A stretch of 64,000 nucleotides of DNA from Octopus vulgaris. Taxonomy: Eukaryota. This document shows positions 26,058-38,676 of this stretch, piece by piece. The notes under the pieces were generated by a model. It had not been told where the DNA came from. It worked only from the letters and a program-made list of their open reading frames with translations, and did no database searches. The stretch spans positions 148,304,001 through 148,368,000 of the forward strand of contig OX597817.1 in NCBI GenBank assembly GCA_951406725.2. The letters are read 5' to 3'. The position numbers and the translations under genes are program-made. Every line of letters starts with the position of its first letter. The stretch's first letter is position 1.

Positions 26058-26086
26058 ATATGCATACAGTCCATCAAAAGAACATT

Positions 26087-26176
26087 TGGGTCGATTAGCT
26101 CGACTAAAGGCGGTGCCCCAGCACGGCCGCAGTGAAATGACAGAAATAAGTAAATGAGTAAAAGAGTAAAAGAGAA
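26087..26176 (+). mobile_element. SINE family B 3' fragment
   Basis: GGGTCGATT..CGACTAAAGGCGGTGCCCCAGCACGGCCGCAG..(GTAAAAGA)n tail. Confidence 0.8.
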
Positions 26177-26324
26177 TATACATGCTAATATCTGACTTAT
26201 GTTGGACTCCTCATTCACATAATCACCGAACCTGGAGCTTAACTATAATCTGTCCATAGCGCTTACTCAGCATCACCTGACACATGTGGGTCTTATTGAC
26301 ACCATTACACCATTATCTCTCATA

Positions 26325-26355
<31 letters not shown>

Positions 26356-26356
<1 letters not shown>

Positions 26357-26550
26357 GTTAATCCAAACAAGAAAAGACAGAAAAAAAACACAGCAACGCG
26401 AGGACGTGGAACAATGAAAGTATTATTTGACGCTCAGGAAAGAAGGGAAGGAGGGTTTAACGTTTCGAGCGGAGCTCTTCGTCGGAAACAAAGGAGAAGG
26501 AAAGATCCCGAGAAGGGAAGACAGAGGAAAAAATTTTTTTTGCTGGTGGT
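26356..26550 (-). mobile_element. HHR-bearing pLTR-like short element (CCGACGA subfamily), adjacent to (TA)n
   Basis: Homologous to 56843-57040, 50987-51092 and (opposite strand) 32222-32430; minimal HHR at 26455-26489. Confidence 0.8.
26455..26489 (-). ncRNA. Minimal type I HHR with U4C core variant
   Basis: GUUU-CCGACGA-A-GAGC-UCC-GCUC-GAAA-CGUU-AAAC; stem I GUUU/AAAC; stem III possible only as a dimer through palindromic AACGUU; identical 35 nt at 56936-56970. Confidence 0.7.
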
Positions 26551-26567
26551 GCTCATGCATGTATACC

Positions 26568-26602
<35 letters not shown>

Positions 26603-26603
<1 letters not shown>

Positions 26604-26673
26604 CCAGGTGGTGCTATTAAGTTAGACATGGCCTGGGCCAATAATGGCCGAAACCTATCAAAGTATCAAAGTA
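26603..26673 (+). mobile_element. CR1-group LINE extreme 3' end
   Basis: CCAGGTGGTGCTATTA..GGCCAATAATGGCCGAAACC(TATCAAAG)2, homologous to the 3' UTR at 16503-16582. Confidence 0.7.
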
Positions 26674-27030
26674 TATATATATATATGTATACATACATAT
26701 ATACATACGTACATACATACATGCATACATACATATATCTGTGTCTATGTGTGTTATAGATGAATACTTAATTTCGATTTATAGATAAAATCATAAAGCC
26801 AGAAAAATAAAGAATAAAGGGAGAGGGAGAAAGGAAAAGATGATCAATTAGAGACAGATTGAGCGTGATAAAAATTTAGATATTTGATCTCATATGCGTA
26901 TTTTCAATGTCTACTTCGGTCAAAAGAATGTATACATTCAAGCATTCTTACATACGCAGAAGGGCGTGAATTTCCCTACACATACATACATGCATACATA
27001 GATACATTCATACATACATACATACATACA

Positions 27031-27064
<34 letters not shown>

Positions 27065-27223
27065 CATACACACATACATACTTTGATATACACAGCCTAA
27101 AGCATACATGCATACACACGCATGCACAAACTCTACGTCTTCATCAACAGCCACACATGCTGGCGCACAGACATATGAATATTTCTATCCTAGAACATAC
27201 GTGTACGTATGAATGTGAATTTC

Positions 27224-27254
<31 letters not shown>

Positions 27255-27403
27255 TTGTGTGTGTATGTGTGTTATAAGTTTTAAATCACTAACGTAATAA
27301 ATAATATTATGCTTTTACACTTATCAGTTTTAGCTAATCCTACATAGTTATTGATTTGGAGAACAACGGCAGTACATTCTCGATATAAATATATATATAT
27401 ATA

Positions 27404-27903
<500 letters not shown>

Positions 27904-28159
27904 GATGTATATATACATATATCTATATATATATATATTTATATATGTATGTATTGCTCTGAACTTTCAGTTGAACAGATGCCATGAGAGTGAGAGAAAT
28001 TATTAAAAAGTAATTTTTTTTCAATACTACCAGAAATGGAGTGAATTTCAAGAGTGCTTACCATACATCTTCAGCAGTTGAAAAATAAAATCATGACAAA
28101 TTTTGCAACTAGAAAAGTGCTACGATGTTTAGAGTGTCATTGTATTATGTCCTATATGT

Positions 28160-29095
28160 ATAGGGTGCAGCAAAAAATGTATAGACAAATTAAAATTCTA
28201 TTATAAATTCAGCGCTTGTTAAAATAAACTTCAGTTTCAAAATTTCATAGAATCTATAGAATGAGTAGACAAAGTTTAAAATTCTTATGAAGTCTTGTGT
28301 AAGCTGTAGTGACCGTTCCCGTCCAGGGAATTGCACGGCCGTGTGTTAAGAAGTTTGTTCCTGAATGAAATGATTCGGGGTTCAGTCCGGAACCGTGTGG
28401 TTTGGAAGTCCAGGTTTAGGAGTGGCTGTGTGGTAAGAAGCTTGCTTCTTAACCACATGAGTCCGGGTTCAATACCACTGCGTGGCACCTCGGGTAAATG
28501 TTTTCTGCTATGGCCTCGGGTCGACCAAAGACTTGTCAGTGGATTTGGTAGACGGAAACTAAAAGAAGCCCGTCGTATGTGTGTGTGTTTGTGTGTCCGT
28601 GTTTGACCAGCCGCCATAGCTTGATACGGATGTTGGTGTGTTTACGTTTCCATAAATTAGCGATCCGGCAAAAGAGACCGATAGAATAAGTACGAGGATT
28701 TCGAAAAATAAGTCCTGCGGTCGATTTGTTCGACTAAAAGCGGTGCTCCTGCATGACCGCAGTCTAATGACCGAAAGAATTAAAAGATAAATGATAAAAG
28801 TTCTCTTTCAATGGTTTTCCTTAATTCATTGACTGGTTTTGTTCTTTAAAACTTATTCATAATTATCCCCAACTAAATGTCTATTGGTGTAATATCTTCC
28901 GGTGAACGCGGAACATATTGTGATAAACCTCTTTATTCATTCCACTTGTTTGGCAGTTAGCATGAAAGTAGGCCCATTATAGTACAACGGTTGTGTGGTG
29001 GTTCCCAGCTTTGCTGAAAATGTAACACCACATCTTCAAAATCTACTTCAATGCTTGGCATACCACATTGTTGCAGGATGTTCATGTTAAAGTGA
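28160..29095 (-). mobile_element. Tc1/mariner (Tc3-like) transposase remnant interrupted by a SINE
   Basis: Minus motifs FQQS..PPH, PRSPEDITPIDI, NELRKTIE and DGNGHY; TIR-like TAGGGTGCAGCAAAAAATGTAT at the left end. Confidence 0.6.
28332..28800 (+). mobile_element. SINE family B with duplicated tRNA head
   Basis: Degenerate head at 28332, second head AGGAGTGGCTGTGTGGTAAGAAGC..CCGGGTTCAATACC at about 28418; tail GCGGTGCTCCTGCATGACCGCAG. Confidence 0.88.
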
Positions 29096-30254
29096 ACAAT
29101 TTAACATAATTTACATTTGACAGATATCTGTTCTCATCTTACTTGTTGTTAACAGAACGTTTCGGCTGATACACCCTCCAGCCTTCATAATAATGATAAT
29201 GATAATAATAATAATAATTATTATTATTAATATTATTATTAATATTATTCAAATCTTGCAGTTAGTAGCCGGCGCGCTTAACCACTACGCCATATGCCCT
29301 TGGGTCGATTAGGGAGTGAATTTTAGGGCTTATAAATCTAATATTTTCCAATCCTTCCTTAATACCGGTTCCCATATGCTATTCATATCTACACTCGGTC
29401 TGCTTTGGAGATTGTTGTCTCCGAGCTTATGTCTTTCTATTTTAGTTTTCGTATTTTCTAGTGGTGTTCTCTATCTATTATTTTAACTTCATCCTACAGG
29501 GGTATGTGGTTTCCAGTTTTCCATACATGATCAGCTATACCCAATTTATCAATATCTCCCCATGTCACAGCTTTGTGATGTTCCTATACCCTTATTTTGA
29601 GGGGCGGCATGTTTTGCTTTTTGTATAACCTACCACAGCAGTTTGGAGTACTCGCAGTTTTTGGTCATATTCTCTTCTATTTGTGGTTTTACTCGAAGGA
29701 GATATTTGCGAAGTGTTGTATTACTCTTGAATACTGTCCTGATGTCATATGGGCCACATATCTTTTGTATCTTTTCGGAGAGGCCTTTCACATAGGGTAG
29801 ACTGACTGTGGACAGTTTATTGGTTTCATCCTCTCTCTTCATAAGTGTAGTGGCCAGTATGTTTTGGGAGTAGTTGTTGCTTAATAGATTGTTACTGAGC
29901 TTGATCATTTCTTCGTGTTGGGTATCACGATCTCTACTTATACTCTTTGCTCGATGTTTTAGGTACCGAGCAATCCCTCTCTTTACACTGTATGGACGGT
30001 GGGATTTGAAGTTGACTTATCGTCCAGTGAAGGTCGGCTTGCGGCGTATGGATGTCCTGAATCCATACTAACATCGAAAAATACCTTAGGAATGAGAATC
30101 CAGGTTCGAAAATTCCCCAGAACACGTAATGAAGGTTGGAAGGTATATCAGGCTAAACGTTCTATTAATAACAGTCAAGATGAGGACAAATATCCGTCAA
30201 ATGTAAACAATGTAAATAAGGTACATAATACCTCATCTCTTAAATATAGAACTG
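29096..30254 (-). mobile_element. Penelope-like element, 5'-truncated, with 3' pLTR and an inverted pLTR at the 5' junction
   Basis: Minus translation RRKPTFTGR*VNFKSH..KRGIARYLKHRA..SLPYVKGLSEKIQKI.. (RT thumb/linker) then decayed GIY-YIG; 29100-29190 (minus) and 30125-30215 (plus) are inverted homologs carrying degenerate ATGAAGGCTG..CAGCCGAAACGTT HHR motifs. Confidence 0.88.
29250..29299 (-). other. tRNA-like 5' half (Pol III A box) inside the PLE 3' region
   Basis: GGGCATATGGCGTAGTGGTTAAGCGCGCCGGCTACTAACTGCAAGAT: D-arm/A box and anticodon-arm-like sequence; T arm absent in this copy. Confidence 0.6.
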
Positions 30255-31057
30255 AACTCATATTACTGTTTATGTAATAGAATGCTTCAGTTAATCCTTT
30301 CGATTATAAACTGTAGCTTACTGTAACCATTTATGAATTAACATGGTTCTCCTCCGTTACATACAAAAACAAAGGTCCAACATAGATGCGGCTCTGACGG
30401 TTAATCGATCTGTTAAATCTAAATCTATAGTCATCATTCCCAGAAATTTTTCTCACTAGTATATCTTTATGTAGTGGTAAGGGAAAACAAAATAGGGAGT
30501 AAGACAAAAAGAGAAGTTTACAAGTCAAGCTTGGATCTCTTCGTTGTTCACTACTCTTTCGAATGATGCTCAAGATATTTATCTCTCCGGTTATGATATT
30601 CTTGACCATTCATTTAGATGCTGACTACACAGGTATGAAACTTTTATCAAGAAAACTATGTCTTTGACCACTAAGTTTCATCATGCTCGCCATTCTTAGA
30701 TTGCCGAACACGAGGAGGGCCAAAACTTCGAAGCTACTGTATAGCTTTGCCTAGTAAAAGAATAATACATCTATCTATCTATATATCTCCTTCCCCTTTT
30801 TTTCCCCTTTCTTCTTCTTTTTTCATTTCTCTTTTCTTTTGTTCCTTTTCCTTTACTTTTTTCTTTTTATTCTTTTTATTTTTTATATTTATTTATTTAT
30901 TTTTTTTGTTCTTTTCTTCCCTTTTACGATCCCTCTTGATCGAAAACCTACGCCACCCCCTTTTTTTTCTTTTTTGTTTTTTTCATCCCCCAAAAGAAAA
31001 GCTCTACCTTGTAACTTGTCCCATCTGTGTGCAGCCCTGTGTGGCCAATAAAGAAAC

Positions 31058-31058
<1 letters not shown>

Positions 31059-31144
<86 letters not shown>

Positions 31145-31196
31145 CCTACCTACCTCTCTATCTACCTACCTACCTCTCTATCTATCTACCTACCTC

Positions 31197-31244
<48 letters not shown>

Positions 31245-31278
31245 ACTAACTATCTATCTGTCAGTTTATCTATCTATA
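31059..31278. repeat. (TATC)n/(TACC)n microsatellite
   Basis: Read directly. Confidence 0.95.
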
Positions 31279-31463
31279 CATACACACACGCACACACACA
31301 TAGTCACATACATACGTACATACATATACACACAAACATACATACACATACATAGATACATACATAGACACATACATGCACACACATGTATAGACACACA
31401 TGCATACACATATTCATACGTACACATACATATATACATGTATATGTAGATACAAATATATGC

Positions 31464-31498
<35 letters not shown>

Positions 31499-32054
31499 CG
31501 CATGCTCCTGCTCACACTCACATACATATACATCTATTTTGCTCGCGTCTATAGGTAGACAGTTTTCCTATTGATTTGTTCTTATAAAAACTACACATTA
31601 ACAGACATGTTTATGCAGCCTTAGTTTTGTATAAAACAGTTTCCTATTCTTCAGCATCAGTATGTAAAGTGGAATTACATTGCATCTGACTGTTTTCCCT
31701 GGCTACTATTGCCGATCAAGAAAATAACATGTTGTCTTTCGTTGACAAAAGAAACCTCACATAGATAGATATTCTGTGGTGAGAAAGAAAATGAGTTTGA
31801 TGTACATCCCAGTAATTAATTTTGTTGTGCTGACAGCAACAGGTGCATTCATTTCGACATTATTATTTTGTAAACTGGATGTTGAAATCCCAACTGTGAA
31901 ATCATACGAGTCAACATGGCAAGCATTTGTTAATGTACACAATAAGCGCAATCACACAGAGACAGCTATTCACACTTATACACACATATTTATATACCAA
32001 TACATGCAGCACGTATCCACGTACAAGATATGTATGCTCATGCATACACATATA

Positions 32055-32126
<72 letters not shown>

Positions 32127-32221
32127 AAATACTTCTCATTCACACAATGGGCTCTTTGCCCACTTAGTATTGCCCTCACACACATTCACACTTACATACA
32201 AGCACACAAACACACATATAA

Positions 32222-32430
32222 AGGTAACTACACGTGAACTGTTGGCAATTTTCTCCTCTTTCTTCCTTTTCTTTTGGACTTTCATACGTCTCCAGTTTCC
32301 GAAGAAGAGCTTTGCTCGAAACGTAAAGCAACCACTGTTACTTTCCTTTTCTGAGTGTCTTATTAATAATTTGCATGTACCACGTCCTCGAGTTGTTTTC
32401 TGTTGTCTTTTTTTCCGTTTATTTTATTAT
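32222..32430 (+). mobile_element. HHR-bearing pLTR-like short element (CCGAAGA variant); HHR at 32295-32329
   Basis: GUUU-CCGAAGA-A-GAGC-UUU-GCUC-GAAA-CGUA-AAGC; downstream CTGAGTGTC..CCACGTCCTCG matches the 26.4/56.9-kb family. Confidence 0.72.
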
Positions 32431-32435
32431 GTATG

Positions 32436-32565
32436 TGTGGATGCGCAATGGCCCAGTGGTTAGGGCAGCGGACTCGCGGTCGCAGGATCGCGGTTTCGAT
32501 TTCCAGAACGGGCGTTGTGAGTGTTTATTGAGCGAAAACACCTAAAAGCTCCGCGACGCTCCGGT
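32436..32565 (+). mobile_element. SINE family C head (3'-truncated)
   Basis: GGATGCGCAATGGCCCAGTGGTTAGGGCAGCGGACTCGCGG..GGTTTCGATTTCC. Confidence 0.85.
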
Positions 32566-33466
32566 CACGTTATATATATATATATATGTATATGTGTGTG
32601 TGTGTGTGTGTGTGTATTAATCTGTGGATACATAAATTTATGTGTGTGACAGACCGACATAGCTTTGGAAGGTGAAGAAATAACTAAACAACAAAATAAC
32701 TACAGGTAACAAAGAAATACAGAGAGAGAGTGGGGTTGGTAGATATAGATGTTGCTCTAGATATATGTATATAATTAGCTATAGGTATATGCGCACATAT
32801 ATTTAAGTTAGAAGATGTAAATAATTTCTAAAGCAAAATTTACGTGGAAGTTTCGCTACATAGGGCTTTTCAGACAATGGAGAATATTGAAAAGCATTAT
32901 TTACGAAATAGTTACTAGTGTTAAAGATAAAATGTGCAGTAAATTTCGTGATTGTGCGTGTGTGTGTGCGTGTGCATACGTGAGTACGCGTGTGCACGTG
33001 TGTTTGTGTGAGCGTTGTGAGTGTTATGTATGAGGGCGCGTTTGCGTGTGTGTGTGTGTGTGTGTGTTGGAAAATTAGTGAACCTTACAGTTATTTAACT
33101 GATTTATCGAATTCCATGTGTAACCTTCGAAAGTGGTAGCAAAAAATATATTAAGAACAGAAATTTTATTAAGGGCGATAATTATTTTCAGGGAGCATTG
33201 TGAATTCACATGAATTCACAAAAACAGAAAGGCCTGTAAGGATACGTCATATCAAGTCTGAATATTGCACAACTTAATCATATCTTTATGCTACTCAATG
33301 TCTTCAATAACTCAGGCCCTCTTTTCCCACTCGTGTATTTTCTGTTTGTATCGTTTTACTATTAGACAGAAAAACAGAAATGCTATTGGCAATGAGTTAG
33401 CACAAGAAGACCACAATCATCTATGAAGATGGAGCAATTGTGATCATGATCATGATCATCATAATA

Positions 33467-33504
<38 letters not shown>

Positions 33505-33705
33505 CATCATCATCATCATCATCGACGACTATTTGCCCGTGTACAATCACATACATACAAAACGCAAGCTCAGAGCCTGAAACATTGCTTTAAGACACAT
33601 GGCGTATTTTATAAATATACCTACTCAAGTACCATAATAGCATGAAAGTATTAGAGGCTCTTATGGCTGTGTGTATATGTATGTATGTATGCATGTATGT
33701 ATGTA

Positions 33706-33777
<72 letters not shown>

Positions 33778-34082
33778 CGGTGCTCCAGCCTGGCCGCATT
33801 TAAATGACTGAAACAAATAAAAGAAGAAGAATAAAGAATATATACGTATACAAGCATTATGTATATATGTATATGTGAGGAAAAATAGATAGATAGATAG
33901 ACACATACACATATACATACATGTATAAACGCTTATATTTCCGCTTTGTCACTGCATTTAACGTCAAGTAATAAAAACTACGTAATAATATTCATTACCT
34001 TGCAAGTATTCCAGTTTACAAAGCTATAAAAACAGTGCACCGAGATTTGCACAACAGTGCACCGAGCTTTGACATGATATAG

Positions 34083-34124
<42 letters not shown>

Positions 34125-34501
34125 CACACACACACACGCACAAACATACACCCACGCACATAATTCGCGTGTTAATACAATCCACTCGCGTTTTTTTTAT
34201 GTTTAATGCGTTAGTGGTCTTTCCGTATATTTACCAATCTTGCGAGACTTTTTATAAAACATCTTAATATTCTTCAACACTATCACTTCGTTGCGTCTCA
34301 TGTGTCACGTTACTCTCTCTAATTCGTTCCTACCATGCCATTCCAAATGAGCGTATCGCAAACAAGACCACTTGTCACCTTTTTTTGATGTACCTTAACC
34401 ATTATCGGCGTAACAATATTTTAAGTCATCAAGTGATGTTACATTAACCATCAACCTCGCTCTTGTAGGTCACATGCTGTTGTCATTTGATTCCCATTAT
34501 A

Positions 34502-35028
34502 TTGGGTCGTCCGGAAAGTTCGTGCTATTACATTTTTAATCAACCAAATACGAACCATTTTTCTGCACAATGCGTCTCCATCTTTCCTTTAACTTGAAAA
34601 TACCCTCTTCCCAGAATTGAGGTGATTTCATGGCAAAGAATTCATCAAGGACTCTTTTTACGTCATCGAAGGAATTGAAATTTTTACCATTAAGACTATT
34701 CTGCAGAGACCTGAATAAGTGGACATCCGAAGGAGCAATATCTGGTGAATATGGAGGGTGGGGTAACACATCCCAGCCAAGCTGCAGCAATTTTTGTTTG
34801 GTTCCCAAAGCAACAAGTGCCGAAAGTGAACTTTCTTATCTTCCATTTTAAAGGGTTACCGAATTAACACAGGTTATAGGAACATAAACCTTCTTCCACG
34901 AAAAGATAGCTTAAGTTGCTCTCTAAATGTGGGTGTAGTCACATCCTATTTTATGGACTCAACCATGTTCTAAAATAAGTCGAAATTTAAGCTACTATAA
35001 ATCGGCACGAACTTTCCGGACAACCCAA
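34502..35028 (-). mobile_element. Internally deleted mariner element with both TIRs
   Basis: TIRs TTGGGTCGTCCGGAAAGTTCGTGC / GCACGAACTTTCCGGACAACCCAA, TA TSDs; N-terminus MEDKKVHFRHLLLWE (34846) joined out of frame to C-terminus HPPYSPDIAPSDVHLFRSL..GIFKLKERW (to 34536). Confidence 0.93.
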
Positions 35029-35484
35029 TACTAATATCTAAATCTTGAAGTTGGTATGTGTTAAAAGACAATTGGTCTTCTATATAATTATTAATTTAGT
35101 CATTGATTGTTCTGGATATTTAAAATTCTTTCACCAAACTACATACTGTAGTCCTAAAATATTTCAAAGGATCAGTGGATTTTAAAAATTTCTAGTCTAC
35201 TCCTGCACTTGCATGGATTGGTAAATAAATTATAGTCACCATTCACTTCTCGAGCAGCCAATACCTAGGCAAGACCTCGCTTCCAACTTTTCTTAATCTT
35301 CCGTATGTTAATTGAATTCTATTTGATATCTTATTCATTATCAACTTGTCAAAATAATCTGTTTCCTATGATCTTATTTTCAGCATATTGCATTCTTCAA
35401 AGTCCCTCAGAACAAACACAACATATATAGTACCGACGGTTACATTCACCATGATCTTCGCCTTTCATTCTTTTGGAGTCTATA

Positions 35485-35635
35485 TCATCATCATCATCAT
35501 CATCATCGTTTAACGTCCGTTCTCCATGCTAGCATGGATTGGACGGTTCGACCGGGGTTCTGGGAAGCCAGAAGGCTGCACCAGGCTCCAGTCTAATTTG
35601 GCAATGTTTCTACAGCTGGATGCCCTTCCTAACGC

Positions 35636-35640
<5 letters not shown>
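35485..35640 (-). mobile_element. SINE 3' part with (GAT)n tail
   Basis: Minus GTTGGCGTTAGGAAGGGCATCCAGCTGTAGAAAC..CATGCTAGCATGGAGAACGGACGTTAAAC(GAT)n. Confidence 0.7.
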
Positions 35641-35692
<52 letters not shown>

Positions 35693-37237
35693 ATGTATGT
35701 ATATGTTTGTGTGTCTGTGTATGTTTGTGTGCCCAGCATGTTGGCAGTCAAATGACTGAAACAGATAAAAGAGTGAAAGTGTAATGGGAATCTCACCTGC
35801 TCTTTGGAAGTAATTAAACAGCTGTAGCGACAAAAATTGCTGTTAGGATTTCTGCAGCCTTTAAAACTTTGAGTGCGTGTCCCTCAACCACAAACAATAG
35901 ATAAATCTTTAATAAATAACTTCATATCCCTTTAGATCTCAGCAACTGAAATTTATCTGCTTTCACTATTCCAAACCTGATCTGCTGGGGAGGGTAGTAT
36001 TTCAGTACTTTCTTCATTTTGTGGAATTATTATATGTGACACTACTTCAATTCGTTCATTCTAAGGATTCTTTATTACTCTATCATTAGTAAACACCTGT
36101 ACTAGATACCGCTTGTTTTTCTCTTTTTTATCACGTGCCCATACTTAATAGATAAGCTAATGTGATATTTTCCCCACTATTTGTTTGTGCTTCATTTTTA
36201 TCCGCAATGTTATTCAAGTACTTTTAATTACGCTTAGTGAGTCTTCTTTCTTCCTTATTAATTTTCGCATATTTGGTTCTTAAAGTAGTTTATTTTTATC
36301 GTTGAATTTTAGTATCTCCAGTTTTACTTTCATGTCCAACGCTTTGTTTCTAATTCATCGTTGCTTCTTATATCTTCTTCTTTTCAATGTGTTGATGTTG
36401 TTGCTTCATGTTGAGTCACTCGAAAATCATGCTATATTTGATGTATATTCTCTCACTTTACACTTCATTCATAAATGAGTAAATTAAAAAAGAAACGAAG
36501 AAATATATTTATCATTGAAATACGGTAGTAGTTGAATAATATTTTTAAGTCCGCAATTTACTCACACGCAGCATCTTTCAGACCTTGTCGCTAATTCCCT
36601 TCTTAACCAAATTGAAACCTGTTAACATTTTTGAAGACGACTGGACCCTAGCTACATTTTGGCATAATGAATTGAGATTTGATCCTGTAGAAACTAGTTT
36701 ATATCAACATTTGTAGCAACGTTATAGGAGAGTAAGTAACGCCGTCAATGAAGTTTAGATCTAAATAACTTCTTTTTTTTAAAGCATAATATATTTATGT
36801 TAGCTTCAATGATAGGCGAAAGCATGAGGAATTTCACAGTTTTGGTTCCATGCAACATAAATTTGTATCAAAAAAGTTTTGATGTAAAATATCATGAAAA
36901 AATGTGAGTTAAAATATTGGACTTAAGTATATTTAACTATTTTTTATTTTAAAAACAAATTTTTTAATTAAGCTTAAATGATACAGCTCGATTCGAAGAA
37001 ACTCAAGGTATCAATCTTAGTAAATGAACTTTAAAAGAAAAGAAGTTATGAGTGATCGTTTCTCAAACTTGAGGGTGATAATATAATTCTATACTTTTTA
37101 TGAATATAGTTCTATTAGGGACTTTGATATACGTCTCCGGTGTCATTGAAGTAAGGAAAAAATTATCAAGGACACTACTATTGACACATTTGACAGATTA
37201 TTAATTAGCATAATAGCATAGCCTGGAAAAAACATGG

Positions 37238-38070
37238 ATTATATGGAAAAATTCGAGCAAGAGAAATAATATTCTTAAGATAATAAACCTGGAAAATTAC
37301 AGAAGTTATTACACCTGGAAAAGTTCGGGACAACTTATTACATTTGGTAAAGTACAGAACAAGAACATTTTTACTTAAAATATTGCAGCTAAGGATGAAA
37401 TTTGAATATTAAAAACGATTTTATTTTAATTTAGAAAGTAACATTATAATGTAAAAGGGTGCCATCATATTGTTAAAATATTGAAACACTAGAACACTTT
37501 AAAAATGAGAGCCAGAAGTACCAATATAGCTGAAGTTTTATGCAAAATAAAATAGTTAAATATGGTAGGCAAACACATTATGTAAAAATTAGTGACTGAT
37601 TCAAGACTAAAAATGTGCAGAATTGTCAATAACTCAAGCAAATTTTACTGTGAATTTGTTGTTATAGGTAGATTTTACTGTATTATATAACTAATTTTTG
37701 TATTATTCTATTTATTGTAATTATGTGCTACTATTATATTTTATAACAAATTCAAATTGCTAATCATTCATTAATAATTTCCAAAATGAATATTTTTAAA
37801 GTGCAAAATTCGTTTTGAGTTATTTATTTTTTAATTTTTAACAAGCAATAAAAATAGAAATAATAACTTGTAATAAAATTTTTAGTTTTAATAAAAGCTA
37901 ATATTTTCTAAATCTAAATATTTTATTTGAAATTTAATACTTAGCTGCAATATTTTAAGTAAAAAATTTCTTGTTCTGTATTTTACAAGATGTAATAAGT
38001 TGCCCTGTAATTTTCCAGGTTTATAATATTAAGAATATTATCTCTCTTGCTCGTATTTTTTCTATGTAAT
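37238..38070. mobile_element. Fold-back/MITE-like element with about 170-200-bp imperfect inverted repeats
   Basis: 37238-37437 vs reverse complement of about 37905-38070 share CGAGCAAGAGA.ATAATATTCTTAA, AAACCTGGAAAATTACAG and TTTTTACTTAAAATATTGCAGCTAAG; internal ACCTGGAAAA sub-repeats. Confidence 0.75.
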
Positions 38071-38609
38071 ATATTCATTAGTTTTTAGTTTCTTCAATGA
38101 AAATTAGCAAACTGATTCTAGCTCTCATCTCATAACTTTAGTGAAAATTTTACTTTAAATATTTTGAGTTCATGGTCGTAGGCGAGATTGTATTCTCTTT
38201 CAGATTTTTCAGTTGTTTGTGAAGGAAGTCGTTATATTTTTATTAATGGCCATATCATCGGTTTGATTTCAATATTTCCCGTCTTGAGGTGTCGAAGTGA
38301 ATCTTCGTATATTTCGACGCTGCAAAAAACAAAAAATAAATAAATGAATAAAAACCAGCAAAACCGACGCAATTAATTCTTTCCAATATTATGCTGTTTC
38401 CTGCACGTTCAGACAAAGACAAAAAAATATTACAGCACTCCAGGGTGTCATTAAAATCTCATATATACTTATGCACACACACACACAAGGACAGACAAAC
38501 ATATATATATATATGTGTGTGTATATATGTATATATATATACATATGTGTGTATATAATACATATACATATGTGTATAAATTGCTTGGGGATATGTGTGT
38601 GTGATTGCT

Positions 38610-38676
<67 letters not shown>

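Larger units (their letters stand above)
25124..26083 (-). mobile_element. pLTR-like non-coding element with an about 706-bp unit and an about 65-bp terminal repeat interrupted by the 5S insertion
   Basis: TATGTACATACCTACAT..ACATGCATATAT at 25124-25166 and 25831-25872; continuation ACAGGACATCAAAA vs ACAGTCCATCAAAA resumes after 26058; CUGAUGA on minus at 25302-25308. Confidence 0.55.

Noticed and set aside
31757-32237. Hydrophobic ORFs resembling a membrane peptide
   Set aside because: The plus ORF runs into (TA)n; no splice signals or family motifs support either strand.
38150-38345. Minus-strand acceptor TTTTTTGTTTTTTGCAG and a possible exon
   Set aside because: All three frames close within about 30 codons and the donor is weak; cannot be supported without RNA data.
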